From the NCBI GenBank assembly GCA_045627605.1, contig JAZQOA010000056.1, forward strand, positions 23,685 to 87,684: a stretch of 64,000 nucleotides of DNA. The letters run 5' to 3'. The stretch is from Kiritimatiellia bacterium (GTDB taxonomy: Bacteria > Verrucomicrobiota > Kiritimatiellia > RFP12 > JAAYLN01). A model generated the notes under the pieces. That model was not told the origin of the DNA and did no database searches. It saw only the letters and a list, made by a program, of their open reading frames with translations. Position numbers and translations under genes: made by a program. This document shows positions 46,708-57,144 of this stretch, in pieces; the first letter of the stretch is position 1, and every line of letters starts with the position of its first letter.

Positions 46708-47979
46708 ATGAATTTGAGCAAAATACAGCTTATTTTGGCAGATCAGAAGGGAATTCTTGACGGTTTGCTTGCTTCTGAGACTTGTCATCGTGCTGAAGAG
46801 AGGCTGGTCAATCTCGACAGCAAGCTTGCGCAGGTCGTTACGGGAGTTCGTCGTTCCGGCAAGTCCACGCTCTGCCTAAATGTCTTGCGGGATTCTGGCA
46901 AACGCTTCGGATATGTTAATTTCGATGACGAACGGCTTGCGAATCTGACGGGGGCGGATCTTGACGATGTGCTTACGGCGGCATATAAAGTTTACGGGCA
47001 ATTCACACATCTGTTTTTAGATGAACCCCAGAACATTCCAGAATGGAGCCTTTTCGTCAATCGCCTTTTGCGCGGCGGGATGCACGTTCTGGTTACAGGG
47101 TCGAATTCAAATCTTCTTGCCGGTGAACTTGGCACTCATATGACCGGGCGATATACGGAGATCAAGCTGTTTCCGTTTTCCCTTAGGGAATATTGCGCAT
47201 TGAAGAAGGTGGATTTGGATTCGATGGCTTTGAAGGCGCGTGCGCTCAGGTCGGCGGCATTCGATGATTACCTGAGGGATGGTGCATTTCCCGAAGTGGC
47301 AAAGGGAGAATCGCCGCGTTCGTACGTGCGAACGCTGATTGAGAACATTCGCACGAAAGACATCGAGCGGCGCCATAAGATACGTTATCGTTCGGCTCTG
47401 AAGAAGTTGATGGATTATGTTCTGAATGTTGTACCGACGACACCTGATTTTGACGAGCTCGCTCGACTTTGCGGTTTCTCGAGCCGCCACACTTCCGAGA
47501 ACTATGTCGAATATATGGAGCGATCCTTCCTGATTAATCGCATCAGCAAGTATTCCTCCAAGCCGCGTGTCCGCATGGTTGGCGAGAAGCTTTATGCTGT
47601 GGACGTATCCTTTATGTCGGAACGCGACAATGCGCTACAGGGCGAGAACCTCGGTTGGCGAATGGAAACAATCGTCGCGCTGGAACTCTTGCGCCGCATG
47701 CGTCCGCTGTTCAAGGACGTGTATTATTACGCCGATTCCGGACATGAATGCGATTTCGTCGTGTGCGATCGCCGCAAGGTGGAATCTCTCATTCAGGTGA
47801 CTTATGATATGTCCGCCCCAAAGACGAGAAAGCGCGAGATTGGCGGTGCGGTAGCCGCCGCAAAGGCGACTGGACTCAAAGAGGCGACGATTGTAACTTA
47901 CTCGGAACTTGACGACATCGTTGATCCGTCCGGAGTGACGGTTCATCTTGTGCCCGTTGCGGATTGGCTCGTTTCATGA
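46708..47979 (+). CDS. AAA+ ATPase, COG1373 family (AAA_14 plus DUF4143), second paralog
   Basis: Walker A GVRRSGKST and Walker B LFLDEPQ. C-terminal DUF4143-like region. GC is about 48%, against about 65% in the flanks. Confidence 0.8.
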   Translation: MNLSKIQLILADQKGILDGLLASETCHRAEERLVNLDSKLAQVVTGVRRSGKSTLCLNVLRDSGKRFGYVNFDDERLANLTGADLDDVLTAAYKVYGQFTHLFLDEPQNIPEWSLFVNRLLRGGMHVLVTGSNSNLLAGELGTHMTGRYTEIKLFPFSLREYCALKKVDLDSMALKARALRSAAFDDYLRDGAFPEVAKGESPRSYVRTLIENIRTKDIERRHKIRYRSALKKLMDYVLNVVPTTPDFDELARLCGFSSRHTSENYVEYMERSFLINRISKYSSKPRVRMVGEKLYAVDVSFMSERDNALQGENLGWRMETIVALELLRRMRPLFKDVYYYADSGHECDFVVCDRRKVESLIQVTYDMSAPKTRKREIGGAVAAAKATGLKEATIVTYSELDDIVDPSGVTVHLVPVADWLVS

Positions 47980-48010
47980 ACATGCGGACAATCTGTCCGC
48001 CGCCGCAAGC

Positions 48011-48979
48011 TCACCGACCACGCGCCAGGATGATTCCCGCGTAAAAACGGAAATACATCCACGCCACTTTTGGGAGAAGCAAGTCGAATGGATGGCGCAA
48101 AAGCAGGGAAAAAGACGAGACTTTCGAGTATTTCCGCCCGTACCGCAGCCAGCCGCGGTGAAGGGCGGCGATACGCCGGAATGAAATTCCGCGCTTCGCG
48201 CCGAAATCCCGCGCCTCAAGCAGCATCTCCGCGACGCAATCAAAGCGATGCTGCGCCTCGCCGCTGTTTTTGCGCGTGAGATTGCCGGCGTGGATGCGGC
48301 GCATGGCCATTGGGGGTTCGGTCGGGGCAATGCCAACCTTGGCGACAAGCGCGACCTTGGCGTGGAAAGTCGCGTCCTCCGCCCAGTTCCGCCCGGGGAA
48401 GCCCCCGGCAGACAACGCGATGTCACGGCGAACCGTCACCGTGCCGGCCACTCCCGGCCCCAGATTGCCCATGGGATACAGATGCTCGAAGTAGGTTTCG
48501 GGGCGAATCGAGGGATCGACAAAGGAATGGAAACGCGATTCGGCGTTTTTCCGGCCCGTGTATTTGACAAACCAGGCTTGTTCCTCGTCGCCGGCGTCAA
48601 AGCCATTGCCCAGGGAATGCCGGACAAAGCCCAATCCCGGATCGGCCTCGAAGGCCTTCTTGTCGAAGGTGAAGCACCCGTCCACATACCAGTCGTCGGC
48701 ATCGAGAAAAGCGACATACGGGCAACGCGCCGTGGAAAGGCCGAGGTTGCGGCTCGGCCCCGGCCCGCGGTTGGCGCGCCCCTCGTGCCACGCCAGAGTC
48801 ACCTTGCCGGGGTGTTCCTCCGCGAGTTGCCCGCAAAGGGCGGGCGAACCATCTGAAGACCCGTCATCCACGAGGACCACTTCCCCCACCTCGGGCTGGC
48901 GAAGCGCCGACTCCACCGCCTCGCGGAGGAAGCGCTCCGCGTTGAAAACCGGAATGACAACTGAAACCTGGAAGTCCAT
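48011..48979 (-). CDS. Glycosyltransferase family 2
   Basis: VSVVIPVFNAERFL...VVLVDDGSSDGS...FLDADD. Confidence 0.85.
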   Translation of the reverse strand: MDFQVSVVIPVFNAERFLREAVESALRQPEVGEVVLVDDGSSDGSPALCGQLAEEHPGKVTLAWHEGRANRGPGPSRNLGLSTARCPYVAFLDADDWYVDGCFTFDKKAFEADPGLGFVRHSLGNGFDAGDEEQAWFVKYTGRKNAESRFHSFVDPSIRPETYFEHLYPMGNLGPGVAGTVTVRRDIALSAGGFPGRNWAEDATFHAKVALVAKVGIAPTEPPMAMRRIHAGNLTRKNSGEAQHRFDCVAEMLLEARDFGAKRGISFRRIAALHRGWLRYGRKYSKVSSFSLLLRHPFDLLLPKVAWMYFRFYAGIILARGR

Positions 48980-50758
48980 CTACCCGTTGCACCTTTTTAT
49001 TTTATCGAAAACCGCGCGGCAGGCCCGAAGCCCGTTGTCCTTGTCGCGCCGCGGGAAAAACGCCTGCGCACGTCTTTCATACTCAGCCCCGCGAACGCAC
49101 CCGTCCGCAAGGATGCCGGAAATCGCGTCAACGACCTTGCCCTCGTCTTGGACGACGGGGCCAAATCCGTCGTCCTTCCACGAAAAGAAACTCTCCGCGT
49201 ACCCTTGCGTCGCATAGAACTCGTCGTGGTCGAACTGGTAGTAGACGACAGGTTTCCCAAGGTAGGCCATGTCCATGGCGATCGACGAGTAGTCCGTGAC
49301 GGCAACCGAGGCGTCGCGGTAAATGTCCTCGTAGGGGATGTCTTCGGGCACGATGCGCACATAGTCGGGGAAATTGAAAAACGACATGGCGTTTCTCATG
49401 AGGGGGTGTGGCAGGAACTCGAGCGAATAGCCGTATTTCACGGCGAGATCGTGCAGTTGCGGATTCGCCAGCAGGGCCTGCAGCTTCGCCTTGTATTCGG
49501 AGTTTTCAAGCAAGGCGCCGTATTTGCGCTCCTTGGTGACGGGATCGGAACTCTCGACAAGGTTGTTCCTCCAGGTGAAGACGAAATAGATTTTCTTCCC
49601 CGGCTCGCTTTCACGGTCGTCCCAGCGCGGCAGCCCCGTGCAGACGACATCCTCGCCGGCATACCCCCACAAGCCTCCGCGCTCATATTCGGCTTCGCGT
49701 TCCACGCCGGTCAGCATAAGGTTGAAATTGTTGAAGTCCCTTCCGTAGATTGCCGAAAGATCGTGATGGACAAGGCCGTGGAGGGAACTCACGCGGAGTT
49801 GCCAGGCTGTGATATCCGAATAGGGCGCCGACGGAACAAAAGGCGCATATCCGCCCTCGGAAGTCACGCTCGCCTCGGCCGCCAGGAAAAGCAGCCGGTG
49901 GCGAAGCGAGAGGTAGCGCACCGTCTTGAGTTTCGGCGGCAGTTTCACGCGGAGCGAATGCCGGCCGTCGACCAGGTAGTACGGGACGATGCGTTCCGCG
50001 TCGAAGGCCCCGTTCCCGACCAGGGCCTTCGCCACGGAATAGGCGCTGTCGATCGGGTTTGACAACTTGTCGGAAAAAATCCAGTAGCGCCCCCGGTGGA
50101 ACGGGCGCCAGAAAAAGAAGGCGACCCTTGTAAAGGCGGCAATCCATTCCGGGAGGGTGCGGTGCGCAACCAGTTCGGCGAGGAACCCGATTTCCAATGC
50201 GGCCCGGCGGGCAGGCGTGGGCCTGAACACGGCAAAAGACCCGTCACGCCTCATGCGCAGGGCCTTGTCTTTCGCAAGGCGCACCCATTGGTTGCGGTAG
50301 TTGAAGGCAAGGGGAAAACGCGGGCCAAGGGCGATGCCGCATGGCTTTTCGAACGCGGCATGGTAATCGCCGTATTCAAGCGCCCCCAGCCGGACTTCAA
50401 AACGCGCGCCCTCGGTTACTTCCCTCGCGAAAAGGAACTGCGAGCAAGGTTCAAGGGGAATCTTCTGGCGGGACGAACGCGAAACAAGGAAAAAGGCATT
50501 CCCGGCAGAGCCCCGGGTCCGGCGGAAGGCCTCCGGGACAAATCCGCGGACAACCGCCACGCCGCCCGCCTTGTCCAGGTATTGGAAAACCACGCCGGAT
50601 GTGCAATCCCCCCGCGGCGGGCTTTTCCAGCTCCTGAAGGCAAGCGCCTGCAAGACGGCGCAAGCCCCCTGCTCCCGCCAGACATCCAGCATTCTCGACA
50701 CCCAGCCGCCCCTCGTCCCGGTTGCCGGGTCCTGTGCCATGACTGATTCTTTCTTCAT
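48980..50758 (-). CDS. CDP-glycerol glycerophosphotransferase-like protein (TagB/TagF family)
   Basis: TagF-like C-terminal domain (...VTDYSSIAMDMAYLGKPVVYYQFD...). Start ambiguous: TTG at 50800 (overlapping the upstream stop), or ATG at 50758 or 50740. Confidence 0.7.
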   Translation of the reverse strand: MKKESVMAQDPATGTRGGWVSRMLDVWREQGACAVLQALAFRSWKSPPRGDCTSGVVFQYLDKAGGVAVVRGFVPEAFRRTRGSAGNAFFLVSRSSRQKIPLEPCSQFLFAREVTEGARFEVRLGALEYGDYHAAFEKPCGIALGPRFPLAFNYRNQWVRLAKDKALRMRRDGSFAVFRPTPARRAALEIGFLAELVAHRTLPEWIAAFTRVAFFFWRPFHRGRYWIFSDKLSNPIDSAYSVAKALVGNGAFDAERIVPYYLVDGRHSLRVKLPPKLKTVRYLSLRHRLLFLAAEASVTSEGGYAPFVPSAPYSDITAWQLRVSSLHGLVHHDLSAIYGRDFNNFNLMLTGVEREAEYERGGLWGYAGEDVVCTGLPRWDDRESEPGKKIYFVFTWRNNLVESSDPVTKERKYGALLENSEYKAKLQALLANPQLHDLAVKYGYSLEFLPHPLMRNAMSFFNFPDYVRIVPEDIPYEDIYRDASVAVTDYSSIAMDMAYLGKPVVYYQFDHDEFYATQGYAESFFSWKDDGFGPVVQDEGKVVDAISGILADGCVRGAEYERRAQAFFPRRDKDNGLRACRAVFDKIKRCNG

Positions 50759-50796
50759 TGCAAAACGGCCAATCCGCCACCTTCCCCATCGGCTCT

Positions 50797-53700
50797 TCAA
50801 AACTTGAACAAGGCCTCGTCCCCCGCAATGGGCCTGTCGTTTCCGGAAAGGATGCGCACGATCTTCCTGCGGAAAAGCCCGGCGTCATAGAGTTTGCCAA
50901 GCTTTTTCTTCGCCAGTGCGCCCATGGCGGCGGTCCAGGCGGGGTCGCCAATGACCTTTCGCATCTTTTCCGCGAGTTCTTCGGGCGACTCGCTTTTGAA
51001 AATGAGTTCCGCCAATGCCCCCGAATAGTTGTCCGCCGTCCCCGTATGATCGGAGATGATGGATGGCACGCCCTGTTGGGCCGCCTCCGGGACGACCAGC
51101 GGCTGCGCGTCTTCACGCGAAGACACGACGACGCAATCGACCCCGGCGTAGAAATCCGCCATTTCGCCGTGCGGAATCGGTTCGCGGAATTCGATTTCGC
51201 CAATGCCCGCGGCGGATGCCACCAGCTTGCCGTGGAAATCGGGAACGACGTGGCGGCCCAAGATCAGGAACCGCGCCTTCCGGCGTTCTTCGGGCGGGAG
51301 GAGTTTCACGGCTTCGACGAAGACATCCTGCCCTTTCTGCGGCTCGACGGAACCGACAACGGCAAAGACAAGAGGCCCGCCCACAGGCCGGGCCGCCCGC
51401 TTCTTCACGCCCGCCGGGGAGATGCCATAGCGCAGCACTTCGGACGCATAGTCGAACCCGAAGCGCAAAAGGCTCCTCGCGCAATAGTCATGCACGACGT
51501 AAACCTTGGTATTTTCCGGCAATCGGCGCGGCATCAGTCCCTTGGCAAGTTCCATCGCGACACCGCCCTCGTGAATCCACCAGGCAACGGGGATGCGCAT
51601 CGAAGACAATGCGATCACGGCGGGAACGACCACCACGGTGTTGCAGAAAACCATGGCGAACTTTTCGGCGAAACGCCGGAACTCGAAAAGATTGAAGAAA
51701 AAGGAATCGTCAATCACGACCGTCGCGCCGAGAGCGGCGAGATCTTGGTGGAGCGGACCGTCCACAGGGGAGACGACCGTCACCTTGTCGCCTTGCCCGA
51801 GGGCGATGCGGACGACGTCCGCAAGGAGATGCGGGGCCCCGGTTTTCGACAGTTCGTGCGAAACGAACAAAAGCGACCTCTGGCGGCGCAGGCGCCTCCA
51901 GAGGAACTTGCCGCGCCCCGCGCGCCACGCCTTGCCGCGAAACACACCGGGGCCAAGCAACTGGCGGGCGGGGGCCAGGAGCCGCCAGCTCAGGGACCCC
52001 CTCACGGAGGAAAGCTCCCGGTTGACCTTGTCCAGCAACCGGCGAAGGACGAACACCCTCACCTCGGCGGGGGGCTCGTCCTCTATGAAATCGGATGTCG
52101 ATATGGAAAAATTCCGGTTGTAGTAGGGGTCGCCCGCCGCGATGACATCCCGGTGCCGCTTCCTGAGTTCAACGGCCTCCTCCCAGAAACGCTTCTGCTT
52201 TTCCGGCGTGGTGTCGAGGCCGCGGCTTACGCTCTCGTAGTGGTACAATTCGGCGAAAGGCGTCCAGACGACAAGATAGCCGGCCTTGCGGATCCGCAGA
52301 CAGAGGTCGACGTCGTTGAAGGCGACGGCAAGCCCCTCGTAAAAGCCGCCTGCCTTTTTAAAGACGTCGGTACGCATCATCATGCACGCGCCCGTCACCG
52401 CCGTGTAGTTCTTGACATTGATTCCGTGCCCGTTCGCACTATATCCCCGGGGCCTGCCCCGCAGGAGATGCTGGGCCACGCCCAAGCCGTCAATCACCAC
52501 GCCGGCGTGCTGGATCGTGTCATCGGGGAAATACAGCATGGCGCCGACCACGCCGACATCGTCGCGCTGGGCGAACATCAGCATTTCCTCGATCCAGCGC
52601 CGGGAAATCACCTCCGTGTCGTTGTTGAGGAAGAGCAGCATGTCGCCCCGGGCCTGCCCGGCGGCGAAATTGTTGATTTTCGAATAGTTGAAAGGCGCGT
52701 CGTAGCGTAGGACGCGGGCCTTGCCCTCCCGTTCGAGCCGGGCAAGGTAGCCGAGCGTTTCGGGATCGTCGGATGCATTGTCCACGACGATGATCTCGTA
52801 GTTCCGCCAGGTTGTCCTCAGGTTAATGGAGTCAAGGCATCGCCTAAGCAAATCCACCCGGTTGCGCATGGGGATGACGATGCTGACAAGCCAGGGGCGG
52901 GCGATGTCGTACTGGACGCGGTACATCGTCTGGCAACAAGGGAGGTTCCCCACCTTGCCGGAAAGCCCGGCTCGCCTCAGGCTGGCTTCCACCGCGGCGA
53001 TGCCGGCCGCCGAGACATAGGGCTTTGCGTCGAGGCCCGCGGCACAGGACTGGGCATGGGCGCGCCAAAAGTAGAGGACTTCCGGGATGTGGACGATGCG
53101 GGAGGCCCGTTCCGAGAGCCGAAGCACAAGGTCGTGGTCCTGGCTGCCGTCGTATTCCCTGCGGAAAGGCCCGCCGGCCTTTTCCATGAGCGCCTTTGAA
53201 AAGACCATCAAGTGGCAGATGTAGTTCTGGCAGCGGAGGAAATCCGGGGAAAAAGCCGGCTTGTGGTTCACATAGGTCATTTTGCCCGTTTCGGCATCGA
53301 CCGTGCACTCGTCGGAATACACCAGGTCGGCGCCCTCGCGGTCAATGGCCTCCGCCACCTTGAACAGCGCGGCGGGATGAAGCAAGTCGTCGTGGTCGAG
53401 GATGGCGATGTATTCGCCCGTCGCCATTCCAATCGCCGCGTTGGAATTAAGGGAAATGCCGCCGTTGGAGGGGAGTTTCCGGTACTTGACCCGCTTGTCT
53501 TTCGCCGTGAAAAACGAGATGATTTCGCCGACATACCCATGGGCGGCGTCACTTGCGTCCGCCAGGCAAAGTTCCCATTCGCCGTAGGTTTGCTCAAGGA
53601 CGGAAAAGACCATTTCGGCCAAAAGGCGCGGCGGCGTGTTGTAAAGGGGGGTAATGACGCTGATCTTCGGCTTTCCGGAAAAAACGACCCGGGCTTCCCG

Positions 53701-54003
53701 AAGGCGCTCGCTTTCGTAGATCCTGTCGCGGACGGCAAGACTGCCGTTCCTTGTCACGCCGGAAAGGATTCCGGCCTTCAGCCCGGCAAGAACGGCGTCC
53801 GCCTCATGCCCCCGGCGCCGCCAGGCGCGGCACTTCGCCCGCGCCGCGACAACCAGCCCCCCCAGAAACCTGAGGGGAGCCGTCACTTTCCATGACGGCG
53901 AATTGCGAATTTGGCGAAGACGCCTTTGCTTTTCGCGGATTTCCGCTTCCAACCGCCCGATTTCACGGGACCAGTCACCCGTCTCTGCTTTTTGGCCGCC
54001 CAT
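50797..54003 (-). CDS. Multidomain glycosyltransferase (GT2 + GT2 + C-terminal GT4/group-1)
   Basis: Two GT2 cores (ISVITPLYNT...DHDD and VSIVIPMRNR...NND) plus a C-terminal GT4 domain (E-x7-E region ...SSREDAQPLVVPEA). About 1068 aa. ATG at 54003 preferred over the upstream ORF start. Confidence 0.8.
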   Translation of the reverse strand: MGGQKAETGDWSREIGRLEAEIREKQRRLRQIRNSPSWKVTAPLRFLGGLVVAARAKCRAWRRRGHEADAVLAGLKAGILSGVTRNGSLAVRDRIYESERLREARVVFSGKPKISVITPLYNTPPRLLAEMVFSVLEQTYGEWELCLADASDAAHGYVGEIISFFTAKDKRVKYRKLPSNGGISLNSNAAIGMATGEYIAILDHDDLLHPAALFKVAEAIDREGADLVYSDECTVDAETGKMTYVNHKPAFSPDFLRCQNYICHLMVFSKALMEKAGGPFRREYDGSQDHDLVLRLSERASRIVHIPEVLYFWRAHAQSCAAGLDAKPYVSAAGIAAVEASLRRAGLSGKVGNLPCCQTMYRVQYDIARPWLVSIVIPMRNRVDLLRRCLDSINLRTTWRNYEIIVVDNASDDPETLGYLARLEREGKARVLRYDAPFNYSKINNFAAGQARGDMLLFLNNDTEVISRRWIEEMLMFAQRDDVGVVGAMLYFPDDTIQHAGVVIDGLGVAQHLLRGRPRGYSANGHGINVKNYTAVTGACMMMRTDVFKKAGGFYEGLAVAFNDVDLCLRIRKAGYLVVWTPFAELYHYESVSRGLDTTPEKQKRFWEEAVELRKRHRDVIAAGDPYYNRNFSISTSDFIEDEPPAEVRVFVLRRLLDKVNRELSSVRGSLSWRLLAPARQLLGPGVFRGKAWRAGRGKFLWRRLRRQRSLLFVSHELSKTGAPHLLADVVRIALGQGDKVTVVSPVDGPLHQDLAALGATVVIDDSFFFNLFEFRRFAEKFAMVFCNTVVVVPAVIALSSMRIPVAWWIHEGGVAMELAKGLMPRRLPENTKVYVVHDYCARSLLRFGFDYASEVLRYGISPAGVKKRAARPVGGPLVFAVVGSVEPQKGQDVFVEAVKLLPPEERRKARFLILGRHVVPDFHGKLVASAAGIGEIEFREPIPHGEMADFYAGVDCVVVSSREDAQPLVVPEAAQQGVPSIISDHTGTADNYSGALAELIFKSESPEELAEKMRKVIGDPAWTAAMGALAKKKLGKLYDAGLFRRKIVRILSGNDRPIAGDEALFKF

Positions 54004-54016
54004 TCCGAAAATCTCT

Positions 54017-56554
54017 TCAATCGCCCTTGACCCAGGCAATGGTTTCGCACAACTTGCCGGGGCCGTCTTTCCGTTCTGATTCGTCGCCGTTTTTCAACGC
54101 CCCCACCATTGCCGAAACGACATTGGACGTAAAGTTCCGGAAAGCGGGTTTTTCAATGAAATCGCGATAGGCGCGGGCCGCCTTCGCAGGAGTGAGCATT
54201 GATTCGGCAAAGGAACGGGCCTTTTCGCCGGTGGCCTTCAGCCATCCGGGATTCCCCAGGCATTTCCGCATGGCGTTTGAAATCGCCAGGACCTCCTGGT
54301 CCTCGGTCAGGCCCTCCGCGGGAGGCAACTTGAGGCAGATATCGGAGGGAATCTGCGTGAAACTCCCGGAATTGTTGACGATGGCCACGCAACCAGCCGC
54401 AAGAATGCGATAGAGGGAAGCGGATGTCTCGCCATTGGAGGACTTCCGCAAATTCAGGCAGGCATCGGCCGCGCAGATGTAGTCGTCGAAATCGGAGAGC
54501 GGCACAAAGCCCATGGTCTTGACGCGGGAGGACAACGCATACTTGGCCACAACGCCCTCGGCCGCAGCGGCAATCTCCTCGGAGAACTGCCCCGCGAAAA
54601 GCAATTTCACCGGATTCCCCGGGGATTGCAGGCGGCTAAACGCCTTGAGAATCTGGATGATTCGTTTTGTCGCGCTTCCGAACCCGAAGACCCCGAAAAC
54701 AAAATCGCCATCGCCATACCCGAGTTTTGCGCGGGTTTCCGCCCTCCTTTCCGGTGATGGGGCGGGGCCGATTGGCGTCGGAAGCCAAATCTGGCGCACG
54801 TCATGGCCGAGATTGCGCGAGAGCAGCTTTTCCTTGGCGTCGAAACTGTGCACAACGATCTTGTCGGCGTAGTTGGCGACAAAGCCATTGACCTCAAGCT
54901 TCGTCTCCCACGGCAACGACTTCCCGACCTTGATTTTCTCGGTTTGCCCAAGGGCGACGTCACCCGGGTAGTCCAATTCCAGGCAGTACTTGTAGAAGGC
55001 GTAGTCACGCGCACCCGCAACGGCGTATTCATAGAGTTCGCCGTGGAGGTTGAAGTCGTGGAGGACGACGACGCCGTGGAACTTCCTGACATAGTCGAAC
55101 ATGTACTGGTGGAACCGGCTGTTCCCGACTTGGAAAACGACGTTGGAGTAGAGCCCGCGGCGCGCGAAGAAGGCCCCGTGGTTGTAGATGCCAATTCCCT
55201 CGCCCAGCGAGACCGACGGTTCATAGCCGTCGTCGATGAAGACGTCGATATCGTAATATTCAGCAAGGGCGCCAAGGAGCACGACGCTGTAGTCCGAAAT
55301 GCCGGAAGGCAGAGGCGGGAGCGGGGTGAAAAAGGCCAGTTTTCTTTTTCCGGGCGCCGGTGCCGGCGGGCGGTTTTCGCAAAGGGCGCGAATGCCTTCA
55401 TAGGCGAGATCCGCGACACGGCTCCACTGGTAGAGGGCGAGCCGTTCCCTTCCGCGGCGCGCGTAGTCGGCGAGGTCGCACGCCGTTAGCGCGTGGCGCA
55501 ACCCTTCCGCGATGGAATCCTCCGACGACGGATCGACCGTGATCGCGGCATCGGCGGCAATCTCGCCGAGGCTAGAGTTGCCGGATGTCAAAACAGGCTT
55601 GCCGCAGGCCCACGCCTCGACCACGGGAAGGCCAAAGCCTTCGTAGAGCGAGGGGAAAACCACCAGCGCCGCCAAGTTGTAGAAACTCACAAGGTCTTCG
55701 TCGCTGACAAAACCCGTGAACACGACGCGGTCCCCGACGCCATGTTCTTCGGCAACGGACCGCAGGACATCGATCCGCTGCTTGGACAATTTGCACACGA
55801 CAACCAACTGGTAGACGGCGACAAGCGCCTCCGGCAAGCGGGAATACGCGCTGATGAGACGGGGCAAGTTCTTGCGGTAGCCGTCCCCCCCCGTGCAAAG
55901 CAGAAAGTCCCCCGGAATCCCGTGGCGCTCACGAAGTCGCCGCTCTTCGTCCGCGGCAGGTCGTCTCACCGCGAACCGGGCGTCAACCCCCGCGTAAATC
56001 ACCCGGATTTTCGACGCGTCGAAACCCAGGTGGGAAACCAAGTCGTCCTTGACGCTCTGCGAGAGGGCGTGGATTTCGTCCATCCACCTCAACGAGTCAA
56101 TCCTCTCCCTGTAGACTTTGGACTCGCCCGGCCGGGAAAGATACTGGCCGGGGAAAAGCCAGGGGATGATGTCGTAGGCGATGGCAATCGTCCGGCAACC
56201 GGCGAACCATTCCTTCCGGTAGCAGGCGCGGGAAAGGCCCCATTCAATTGCCGTGGTAAGGTAAAAGACGTCTATTCCGTTTTCATAGATGAACTTGCGG
56301 AAGATATCGCCAACGGCCTCATCGTCGGCCGCGATCAACTGGCCGTTGCTGCCGAAATACTTGTGGAACACCGTCACTTTTGCCCCGTGGGGAATGCCGC
56401 CGGGCAATTGGAAATCTCCGTCCGCCAAGTTGAAAAGGTAGTACTCGTCCTCGGGATGGCGCGCGATCAATTCCCGGACAAGGCCCGCGGAATAGTTGCC
56501 TATGCCCCGGCCTTTGCTGATCACCATCCCGAATATGTCAAACGCGATTTTCAT
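54017..56554 (-). CDS. Tandem double GT4 (group 1) glycosyltransferase
   Basis: Two GT-B/GT4 modules (FPSLYEGFGLPVVEAWACGKPV... and a second domain). Start at MKIAFDIFG (ATG at 56554). Confidence 0.8.
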   Translation of the reverse strand: MKIAFDIFGMVISKGRGIGNYSAGLVRELIARHPEDEYYLFNLADGDFQLPGGIPHGAKVTVFHKYFGSNGQLIAADDEAVGDIFRKFIYENGIDVFYLTTAIEWGLSRACYRKEWFAGCRTIAIAYDIIPWLFPGQYLSRPGESKVYRERIDSLRWMDEIHALSQSVKDDLVSHLGFDASKIRVIYAGVDARFAVRRPAADEERRLRERHGIPGDFLLCTGGDGYRKNLPRLISAYSRLPEALVAVYQLVVVCKLSKQRIDVLRSVAEEHGVGDRVVFTGFVSDEDLVSFYNLAALVVFPSLYEGFGLPVVEAWACGKPVLTSGNSSLGEIAADAAITVDPSSEDSIAEGLRHALTACDLADYARRGRERLALYQWSRVADLAYEGIRALCENRPPAPAPGKRKLAFFTPLPPLPSGISDYSVVLLGALAEYYDIDVFIDDGYEPSVSLGEGIGIYNHGAFFARRGLYSNVVFQVGNSRFHQYMFDYVRKFHGVVVLHDFNLHGELYEYAVAGARDYAFYKYCLELDYPGDVALGQTEKIKVGKSLPWETKLEVNGFVANYADKIVVHSFDAKEKLLSRNLGHDVRQIWLPTPIGPAPSPERRAETRAKLGYGDGDFVFGVFGFGSATKRIIQILKAFSRLQSPGNPVKLLFAGQFSEEIAAAAEGVVAKYALSSRVKTMGFVPLSDFDDYICAADACLNLRKSSNGETSASLYRILAAGCVAIVNNSGSFTQIPSDICLKLPPAEGLTEDQEVLAISNAMRKCLGNPGWLKATGEKARSFAESMLTPAKAARAYRDFIEKPAFRNFTSNVVSAMVGALKNGDESERKDGPGKLCETIAWVKGD

Positions 56555-56579
56555 TGAGGCATTCCTGACTGCCCGAAGG

Positions 56580-57068
56580 CTATTGCGCGGATTTTCCGCC
56601 CGCCACAGCCTCCTCGATCTTGTCGATGCGCCGCGACATCTCGACCTGGTATTCCGCAAGCTCCCGGGAAAGCCGCTCGTTTTGCGCCCGCAGCCTGGCG
56701 TTTGACTCTTCGAGGACGGCGATTTGCCCGGAAAGCTCGTTGCACATGACGGCAAGCACCTTGTTGACATCGGTCTGCTTGCGGCATGCGGGATCGAGAT
56801 ACCAGGCGACGAAATGCCGCCCCAGGCGCTTCACGAAGCCGGCGGGGCCACCGCCGGCGCGCTTCAGGAAACCGCTATACGAACCGCCGTCGGGATTCAC
56901 GACCTTGTTTCTGTTCAGCCGTTGCAAATGCGCCTGCATGCGCGACAAGGTGCTTGACGGCTCCTCCAGCATCCTTCGCCGCGCCTCGATTGCTTCGCAC
57001 GCCTTGTCGACCGCCGCCTTGACGACGCCTTCCGTCACCGATTTGTTATCCACTTCGCATTGCTCCAT
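56580..57068 (-). CDS. Hypothetical coiled-coil protein
   Basis: 163-aa ORF with a C-terminal heptad-rich segment (LEESNARLRAQNERLSRELAEYQVEMSRRIDKIEE). First gene of the minus-strand GT operon. No recognisable family. Confidence 0.4.
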   Translation of the reverse strand: MEQCEVDNKSVTEGVVKAAVDKACEAIEARRRMLEEPSSTLSRMQAHLQRLNRNKVVNPDGGSYSGFLKRAGGGPAGFVKRLGRHFVAWYLDPACRKQTDVNKVLAVMCNELSGQIAVLEESNARLRAQNERLSRELAEYQVEMSRRIDKIEEAVAGGKSAQ

Positions 57069-57144
57069 TCTGCAAGCCCGCCGGAAAATCCTCCCGCACC
57101 CCGTCTTTCCAAACTGCCAACAAGTATAGCAAAGGAGAATTTCT

